NCBI GenBank assembly: GCA_013416795.1
Contig: RQSC01000027.1
Location: forward strand, 769,936-776,493
Source: Prasinococcaceae sp. CCMP 1430
Lineage: Eukaryota; Plantae; Prasinodermophyta
Direction: 5' to 3'
DNA length: 6,558 nt
Shown: positions 1 through 5,885 of the stretch, piece by piece
How the letters are laid out: every line of letters begins with the position of its first letter
How positions within the stretch are numbered: position 1 is the first letter of the stretch
Translations under genes and position numbers: made by a program
Notes under the pieces: model-generated
Seen by the model: the letters and a program-made list of their open reading frames with translations, nothing else
What the model was told of the DNA's origin: nothing
The model's database searches: none

Positions 1-320
1 CCGCCCACCCCCGCACCCAGCCGCGCCATGCCGCGCGCCGCGGCCGCGCTATCCTAAACCCTTATGAACTGCGCGGCAGCGGGAACAGCGCGGTGAGCCT
101 TCACAGATTGTGTCATGCGCAATTGCAATTCAATTACATGTGCAGTAGTCTTACTGTACCAGTGTACATGGGAGTGGTGGGGCGATGCGTGTGATACAGG
201 TCGGCGTGTGGTGCGGTGTGGATTGCGCTTCAGTACTGTACTTCGAAGTGCACGGGCGCGCGGAGGGCGGGAGAAGGAGGGGCGGCGCGCGGTGGCGCGG
301 TGCGGCGGGGGGCGGGGCGG
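1..320. repeat. Imperfect ~40-bp inverted repeat, arms 1-41 and 282-320
   Basis: The reverse complement of 1-41 (gcggcgcgcggcatggcgcggctgggtgcgggggtgggcgg) aligns with 282-320 (gcggcgcgcgg--tggcgcgg-tgcggcgggggcggggcggg), with 11-bp and 8-bp exact blocks. Low complexity weakens significance. Confidence 0.4.
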
Positions 321-345
321 GGGAAGGCGGGTGGGGAAGGGGGGG
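307..345 (+). other. G-quadruplex-forming motif
   Basis: Six G-tracts of 3-7 nt (307-311, 313-316, 318-323, 329-331, 333-336, 339-345) with short loops (1-5 nt). Confidence 0.55.
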
Positions 346-987
346 AGGCGCCTTGGCCGCCGCGCCGCGGGCGGGCTGTGGCGCATGTGCGCGCCAAAAA
401 AAAATCTAGAAAAATAAGATCAAATCGCACTCGACCGCGGCCGCCGAAATCTGTGGCCGCACACACCGCAAACACCGCCTGCTGCTCTGGGGCACAGATC
501 TGCAAACGCGGAATATGTCCCCTGAAAACCGTGGATTCCAAGCATGGAAAGCTCAATATGCAATACGTATCGCGAACGTGTGAGGTCATTTCAAGAATTG
601 AGGGTTCCATTTGGAACCCCATAATGTCAGATCGTTCGTATTTAGGATCCCTTCGCGTCCGCAGGTTCGGCCCGGGCGCGCGCGCGAGCGAATCCGAGCG
701 CGTCCGCCGTTCCCCGAGGCGGCGCTGCCGTTCGAGCGCGGCGCGACGCCCGCACGCGCGCGGCCGAGGGGTCAAGGGGCGCTCGCGGGGCCCCTCGCAT
801 CCCGCCCTTCGAGTCGTTCGCCGACCCCTCCGATCCGCGCATCCGCCCCGCGCGCCCGCCGGCACGGACTCTTGCGAATGAGTTCGCCGCGGATGCTCTA
901 CACGCCGCCGCTGCCAGCCCAGTCAGGGCATGCTAGCTAGTCGCCCTCCTGCCTAACTCCTACAACTTGTGTGCTACGCTTGGCGGC

Positions 988-1896
988 CTACCAGAAGTTT
1001 CGACTCGAACACGCCATCGCGTAGAACTCGTTGAATGCGATGCTGCCGTCGCCCCTTGCCGCCGCCGCCTCGATCATGCGCTCGATGTCGGCCAGCGAAG
1101 GGTCATCGCCAAGAGCCTGTGCGACGCCACGGGTGGGTGCGTTAGCGCTGATGCATCTACACGGGGGCGCGTGCGCGCACGCGCATTTGTACAAACGCGG
1201 ACCCACCCATTCATGCACCCCAATCGTTTGCCCACGCCAGGCCCGACGATGTGCTCGCATGCCGAGCAGCGCCGAGCAGCGAGGACAGCAGCGGCGCGCG
1301 CAGCGCACCTTGAAGAACATGAGCACGTCCTCGGCGTCCAAGTAGCCGTCGCCATCGCTGTCGAACGCGTCAAAGGCCTCCCGAACCTCTTCGATGGAGA
1401 ACTCTGGGCTCGTGGCTTTGCTTCCGCCTGCCCCTGGAGCGTCCTGCGGCGCCGGCCGCGCGGCCCCATCCGCTCCCCCGCCCACGCTGAGGCCTCGCAT
1501 GCCGGCGCGGAGCATCCCCTCGTCGTCGCTGCTATAGTCAGTGTCGCGGCCGGACTCGTCCGCTGCGCTGTCGAATTCCGCGGCACTGCTCAGACTCTCA
1601 TGGTCAGTGTCGTTGCCCGAACCCTTGTCGCTGCCTTCCCGGTAGTACGAGCGTGACGACTGCCAGCCGTCGTCCGCACCGCCGCCGGCGTGGTCCCTCT
1701 CTTGACATACCGCCGAGGCAAAGCGCGAGAGCTCTGGCACGCTCGCAACGACTTGCGCGGCAGACGCGCCACTCGCGCTGAACGAGCCCTTCGGTGTCGC
1801 GAAGGTGGGCGACAAAACACGCTCTTCACCCTCGGGCGAGGGCACCGGGCTGCCAGGGCTGCTGGGGCCTCTCCAGTAGTCCGCGTTCGAGGCCAT
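988..1896 (-). CDS. EF-hand calcium-binding (calmodulin-like) protein with long acidic/Ser-rich disordered N-terminus; 2 exons (1896-1309, 1116-988), 238 aa
   Basis: ATG at 1896 lies in a GCCATGG context. The translation shows EEVREAFDAFDSDGDGYLDAEDVLMFFK (EF-hand loop DSDGDGYLDAED). After removing a GT-AG intron it continues ALGDDPSLADIERMIEAAAARGDGSIAFNEFYAM (second, degenerate EF-hand). TAG at 990-988. Confidence 0.85.
   Translation of the reverse strand: MASNADYWRGPSSPGSPVPSPEGEERVLSPTFATPKGSFSASGASAAQVVASVPELSRFASAVCQERDHAGGGADDGWQSSRSYYREGSDKGSGNDTDHESLSSAAEFDSAADESGRDTDYSSDDEGMLRAGMRGLSVGGGADGAARPAPQDAPGAGGSKATSPEFSIEEVREAFDAFDSDGDGYLDAEDVLMFFKVRCARRCCPRCSALLGMRAHRRAWRGQTIGVHEWVGPRLYKCACAHAPPCRCISANAPTRGVAQALGDDPSLADIERMIEAAAARGDGSIAFNEFYAMACSSRNFW
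1117..1308 (-). other. Spliceosomal intron of EF-hand gene (192 nt, phase 0)
   Basis: Donor AAG|GTGCGC at 1308, branch point CGCTAAC at 1147-1141, acceptor CACAG|GCT at 1117. Removal restores the helix-linker-helix of an EF-hand pair (MFFK|ALGDDPS). Confidence 0.88.
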
Positions 1897-2555
1897 GGCA
1901 CCTGGACGCTTCGCGTGCGCGGGGCACCGGGCGCTCCGCCGCCTCTGCCTCGCGCGCCTTTCCTCCCTCCTGCCCTGTACGCGTCTCTCTGGGCCTACAC
2001 GCGCCGCGCGCGGCCCGCGCGCGGGCGGGGCGCGAGGGGCGAGCTCACTCGCCCTCCCTGCGTTGGCAACGCGCGCGGTTGCGGGCGCGTGCTGTGGCGA
2101 CGCGCGCGCCGGCGCGCCCCGATTCCACGGCACGCCGCGGCGCTGCCGGCGTGTGTGCCTCGTTTCCGAACACACAAATCCATTGCAATTTTCACCACGG
2201 GCGACACTTTTCACATCTGTTGAATGCACAGCTGTGTCGTTTGTCTCCTTCGGCGCTCCAGTCTCTTCTTCGTCTTCGGATGCAGAAATGATCCAAAAAC
2301 ACGCGAAAAATGCCGCCGACAATCCCCCACAACTGACCTTGCGCCGACTGCTTCCGATGATTGCATGGGCGCAGCGCGCAGACGGAGAAGGCGCCTCGAA
2401 CGAAGGGGGGAAAAGACGGGTGCGTGCGCGCGAAATCGTGTGTTTGCGGCAGAGTGGAGGCGCTTTTTCCTTTCCTTGAAGTTTTGTCGATTTTTCCTCA
2501 TCAACAGCCCCCCAAGTACACGTGCCGTGCCGTGCGTTTTTTTATTGGGGGGCGG
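1897..2555. promoter_or_regulatory. Divergent intergenic/promoter region shared by EF-hand gene (-) and nad7 (+)
   Basis: Lies between two head-to-head start codons. Contains AT-richer stretches (~2165-2330, ~2405-2550), a CACAGCTGTG palindrome (2227-2236) and a CACGTG G-box (2519-2524). No individual element is validated. Confidence 0.45.
2507..2553 (+). repeat. Perfect 9-bp inverted repeat GCCCCCCAA / TTGGGGGGC with 29-nt spacer
   Basis: Arms at 2507-2515 and 2545-2553. The spacer holds CACGTG, (CGTGC)3 and a T-run. Confidence 0.7.
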
Positions 2556-3997
2556 ATGCTCCACTCCGCGCGCGGCGCGCAGGGGGCGTGGGTGGCCCCT
2601 GCGCGCGGGGCTCGACGCCCCGGGTGCGGTCGCTCGCCCTCCGCGACCGCCCCCACGAGCTGTGCGCCGAGCGGGGGATCGACGGCATCAGCGGCGCGGC
2701 GCGCGCGGCGGCGGCCGCCGCGGGGGCTGGCGCTCTGTGGGGCGACAGCGCCAGGGCGTTCTCGGCTTCCGCGCTCGCGGAGCCCCAGGTGCCCTTCCCC
2801 GGGCGCGACATGCCCACGCCCTCGACCGCGTCGCTCACGGACTTTTCGCTCAACTTCGGGCCGCAGCACCCGGCGGCGCACGGCGTGCTGCGCCTGCTGC
2901 TGCAGATGAACGGCGAGGTGGTCGTCAAGGCCGAGCCGCACATTGGCCTGCTTCACCGCGGCACGGAGAAGCTCATCGAATACAAGTCGTACATCCAGGC
3001 ACTCCCGTACTTCGACCGCCTCGACTACGTGTCGATGATGTGCCAGGAGCACGCGTACTGCATGGCTGTGGAGAAGCTGACGGGCGTCGAGGTGCCCCTG
3101 CGCGCGCAGTACATTCGCGTGCTGTACAGCGAGATCACGCGCATCCTCAACCACCTGCTGGCGCTGTCGTGCCACGCCATGGACGTGGGCGCGCTCACGC
3201 CCTTCCTGTGGGCGTTCGAGGAGCGCGAGAAGCTCTTTGAATTTTACGAGCGCGTGTGCGGCGCGCGCATGCACGCCGCGTACTTCCGTCCGGGCGGCGT
3301 CGCGCAGGACCTCCCCATCGGCCTGCTCGACGACATCTACGAGTGGTCGACACAGTTTAGCAGCCGCATTGATGAGATTGAGGAGATGCTGACGCCCAAC
3401 CGCATCTGGAAGCAGCGTCTCGTGGACGTCGGCATCGTGAGCGCCGAGGACGCGCAGGCGTGGGGCTTCAGCGGCGTCATGCTGCGCGGCTCGGGTGTCG
3501 CGTGGGATCTGCGTGAGGCCACGCCGTACGAGTGTTACGATCGCATGAACTTCGACGTGCCCGTCGGCCGCCGCGGCGACTGCTACGACCGCTATCTGCT
3601 GCGCATCGAGGAGATGAGGCAGTCGCTTCGCATGATCGGCCAGTGCCTTAACGATCTGCCGGAGGGTGTGTACAAGGCCGACGACGCAAAGAACCAGCCG
3701 CCCGACCGCGCGTCGATGAAGGACAGCATGGAGTCCCTCATCCATCACTTTAAGGCCTCGACTGAGGGCGCGCCGGTGCCGCCCGGGCAGACCTATCAGG
3801 GCATCGAGGCCCCCAAGGGCGAGTTCGGCGTCTACCTCGTGTCGGACGGCTCGCCGCGCCCGTACCGCTGCGCCATCCGTGCGCCGGGCTTCTACCACTT
3901 GCAGGCGCTCAACTTTATGGCAAAGGGCCACCTGCTGGCGGACGTGGTCACCATTATCGGCACGCAGGACATCGTGTTTGGCGAGGTCGACCGCTAG
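2556..3997 (+). CDS. nad7: NADH:ubiquinone oxidoreductase 49-kDa subunit (Nad7/NDUFS2/NuoD), nuclear-encoded with predicted mitochondrial presequence; model exons 2556-2623 + 2692-3997 (457 aa); conserved core 2810-3997
   Basis: Hallmark motifs [58 protein letters not shown] and C-terminal [14 protein letters not shown]. The quinone-site His, Tyr and Asp are present. Codons are strongly GC3-biased, standard code. The upstream Ala/Arg-rich segment ends in RAF|SASA. Gene identity is very secure; the 5' exon structure is uncertain. Confidence 0.95.
2624..2691 (+). other. Putative 68-nt intron in nad7 presequence region
   Basis: CGG|GTGCGG ... ATCAG|C joins the out-of-frame ATG at 2556 to the nad7 frame and removes an acidic segment ([13 protein letters not shown]). 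The donor resembles the GTGCGC donors of the other introns. No clear branch point. Confidence 0.45.
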
Positions 3998-4109
3998 GAT
4001 GTGTTGCCACTGTCACGATTTTTTTTGAGCCCCGGCGCCCTCGGCAAAGCCAGCGCTCAGCGCCTGCGTCGCCACGACGACCGCCGGCACGGCCGCATCA
4101 GCGGCTGTG

Positions 4110-5468
4110 TCACTCAAACCAGTCGTCGGTATCCCTCACGCCGCGCACGAGTGTAGCGGCACAGCGGAATTGCCTGGCGTATGCCGCAGCGACCAGCCCA
4201 ACGCCAGACACACTCGCACCGCCCCCGTCCGCGCCCTCGTCTTCGACGACGAGCACGTCGAGCTCGGTGCGTCCGTGGCCCTCGTCATAGCCACTCGCGT
4301 GCACGAACCAGATAGCCGCGGCGCCGGACACGCGTGCCGCGTCCTCTGTCAGGAGATGAGGTGGCCAACTGTCTCGAGATGGTGGCGACACAACCACGCC
4401 GACGTGCGTGGCGCGTTCGCCCCGCACGCCAGAGCCTGCACTCGCACGCGTGCAAGTGCCCGCGCGTGGCAACCGGAGCGGAAACGCTGTCAGCGGTGCA
4501 CTGAAGGGCCATGGGCTGGCAGACAGGCAGGTCAGCATTCGCTCGCACTGGTGTGCAAAGGCTTGCGCGCGCGGTTGCGCACCGTGCGGCCCCTTCCCCC
4601 CGAAGAAGAGCAGATCGCCAGCCACGCAGTGCTTGTACGTCGGGGTGAGCAGCGGCTCACAGCAGCGTTCCTGCATCCAGGCGTCGCGCGCGACAGGCAA
4701 CGCCCGAGGCGCGCGCATATAGCACCATTGCACGAGGCCCGAGCAGTCCCAGCCGCAACGGTCACGCGTCAGGCGCTCATCCCCCGTCGATGCGCCAGCC
4801 TGCGTGCTTGTGTGTGCTCCGCTGCCAGTGCCGCCGCCAGCGCCGCCGCCGCCAGCGCCGCTGCCGCATCTCCGCGGACCGCGCGTGGGCGAGCGTGGAA
4901 CGCCAGCTGGCGGACGGTCTACCGGCTGGCCGCCGCCGCCGCACTCGCCCACGGCCACACCATCCTCACCGTCATCGATGCCGACTCCGGAGAACTCGCC
5001 GCCAACCCGCTCATTTCGCGGCACGGCACCGCCCCACACGTACATTCCCGCGCCCGCGCGATAGCAACGTAGCGCCTCCGCAGCGGCAGCTGCGCGCTCA
5101 GCGTCGGACACCAGCACTGGCACGGACGCACCGGCAATGGCTTCCGTCGGCGACGACGCGGCCGGTGCATGTGCGGTCGACGCACGTTCGAGCAGCACAC
5201 GGGCATCGCGCGCGCGCGCGTAGCCTTCGTAGCGGTCATCTAGTAGAGTGACTCGTACAGCCACCGCGGTACTCGCATCAGCATGAGCACTTGCTTCGGA
5301 GCCGTTGCTGAGGCCCCAGTCGCACCTCACTGGCCGGCCGCCCCACGTCTGCGTCGCGAGGCTCTCACACGCATCGCTTTCCCACACGTCGAGCACGGCG
5401 CCAGCGCGCACGGTGCACGCCGATGCCGGGGCTGACATGGGTGCCGCAACTGGAACGGCGCCTACCAT
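4110..5468 (-). CDS. SH3b + NlpC/P60 (peptidase C40) peptidoglycan endopeptidase, cyanobacterial gamma-D-glutamyl-L-diamino acid endopeptidase type; at least one intron (exons 5468-4583, 4435-4110; ~403 aa)
   Basis: Ordered NlpC/P60 motifs: YVWGG, WDCSGLVQ (Cys 4745-4743), ARDAWMQE, VAGDLLFFG, ATHVG (His 4406-4404), FVHASG (His 4301-4299). The N-terminal LDVWESDACESLATQTWGGR...AVRVTLLDDRYEGY matches, from memory, the SH3b domain of Anabaena/Nostoc PCP (LNLFDSPECTRLATQ...AVEVYLCEDDYPGW). An in-frame TGA lies at 5477-5475 just upstream of the ATG. Confidence 0.88.
   Translation of the reverse strand: MVGAVPVAAPMSAPASACTVRAGAVLDVWESDACESLATQTWGGRPVRCDWGLSNGSEASAHADASTAVAVRVTLLDDRYEGYARARDARVLLERASTAHAPAASSPTEAIAGASVPVLVSDAERAAAAAEALRCYRAGAGMYVWGGAVPRNERVGGEFSGVGIDDGEDGVAVGECGGGGQPVDRPPAGVPRSPTRGPRRCGSGAGGGGAGGGTGSGAHTSTQAGASTGDERLTRDRCGWDCSGLVQWCYMRAPRALPVARDAWMQERCCEPLLTPTYKHCVAGDLLFFGGKGPHGAQPRAQAFAHQCERMLTCLSASPWPFSAPLTAFPLRLPRAGTCTRASAGSGVRGERATHVGVVVSPPSRDSWPPHLLTEDAARVSGAAAIWFVHASGYDEGHGRTELDVLVVEDEGADGGGASVSGVGLVAAAYARQFRCAATLVRGVRDTDDWFE
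4436..4582 (-). other. Spliceosomal intron of NlpC/P60 gene (147 nt, phase 1)
   Basis: Donor CACG|GTGCGC (same hexamer as the EF-hand intron), CGCTGAC branch-like motif at 4495-4489, acceptor GTGCAG|GC with matching phase. Removal brings GDLLFFG close to ATHVG, as in bacterial NlpC/P60. Confidence 0.72.
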
Positions 5469-5683
5469 CGGCTCTCACTCGCGAGGTGAGCTGGGACGAG
5501 CAGCGCAGGCGCAGTGCGTCCTCGGCACTGCGCCGCGGGCGCCTTGTGACGCGTCCGCAGAGCGCTACTTACGTACTACTTGGGTGGGTGGGGAGGGGTA
5601 TATTGCAGATGCAAAAGAGGGCGCACACGCGCGCGGGGCATGCCACTCCCTCGCAATTGCTCGCTGCTCCCTCGCCAAAATAA

Positions 5684-5688
5684 TTACA
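5684..5688 (-). promoter_or_regulatory. TGTAA candidate polyadenylation signal of RAF2
   Basis: TGTAATTATTTT about 200 nt downstream of the RAF2 stop, in a rare AT-rich patch. UGUAA is the known near-upstream polyA element of chlorophytes such as Chlamydomonas. Confidence 0.45.
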
Positions 5689-5793
5689 ACAGCTCCGCGG
5701 GGGCGACGGCACCGCCGCTCGCCCTCTACACCACGCTGTCCCTCGCAACGCGCTCGCCCAGCCGTTCGCCCGCTCGCTCGCACATGCACGTGT

Positions 5794-5835
5794 GCGCTTG
5801 CGCTTGCGCTTGCGCTCGCGCTCGCGCTCGCGCTT
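5794..5835 (+). repeat. Hexamer microsatellite (GCGCTY)7 in RAF2 3' UTR, followed by (GTGC)3 at 5846-5857
   Basis: GCGCTT x3, GCGCTC x3, GCGCTT x1, read directly. Confidence 0.9.
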
Positions 5836-5885
5836 ACGTGTGGACGTGCGTGCGTGCGTGTGTGCACGGAGCGTGCGCTCGCCAC

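Noticed and set aside
53-62. CCTAAACCCT telomere/telo-box-like motif
   Set aside because: Only about 1.5 units, not an array; compatible with chance.
414-422. TAAGATCAA resembling part of U2 snRNA
   Set aside because: A 9-nt match only; the flanking U2 sequence (GUGUAGUA, Sm site) is absent.
405-444. XbaI and NotI sites close together (vector polylinker?)
   Set aside because: Spacing and intervening sequence do not match a cloning polylinker.
587-600. TTCAAGAA heat-shock-element-like core
   Set aside because: Only two nGAAn units; a third is lacking.
602-640. Helitron 3' end suggested by the hairpin
   Set aside because: No CTRR terminus at the expected distance on either strand.
54-940. 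Several 66-221 aa ORFs on both strands
   Set aside because: Arg/Gly/Pro-rich translations of GC-rich non-coding DNA, no motifs recognised, mostly non-ATG starts.
1897-2322. 142-codon upstream extension of the EF-hand ORF
   Set aside because: Starts at TTG, has no in-frame ATG and covers the probable promoter. ATG 1896 has a strong Kozak context.
2522-2555. GTG start of the 491-aa nad7 ORF call
   Set aside because: A prokaryote-style start is inappropriate for this nuclear gene; the sequence includes a T-run and hairpin arm typical of UTR.
2501-3931. 476-aa ORF on the - strand
   Set aside because: Antisense shadow of the GC3-rich nad7 CDS; no recognisable domain.
1117-4582. Possibility that the introns are Introner-like repeated elements
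   Set aside because: The 192-nt and 147-nt introns share only the GTGCGC donor; no mutual similarity or terminal repeats.
4107-5072. 321-aa + strand ORF and other overlapping ORFs (4790-5251, 5305-6039)
   Set aside because: Antisense or frame shadows of the NlpC/P60 and RAF2 genes; low-complexity Ala/Arg translation expected at this GC content.
5207-5220. (CG)7 run with Z-DNA potential (similar run at 676-686)
   Set aside because: Within coding sequence (YARARD) and common in this CpG-rich genome.
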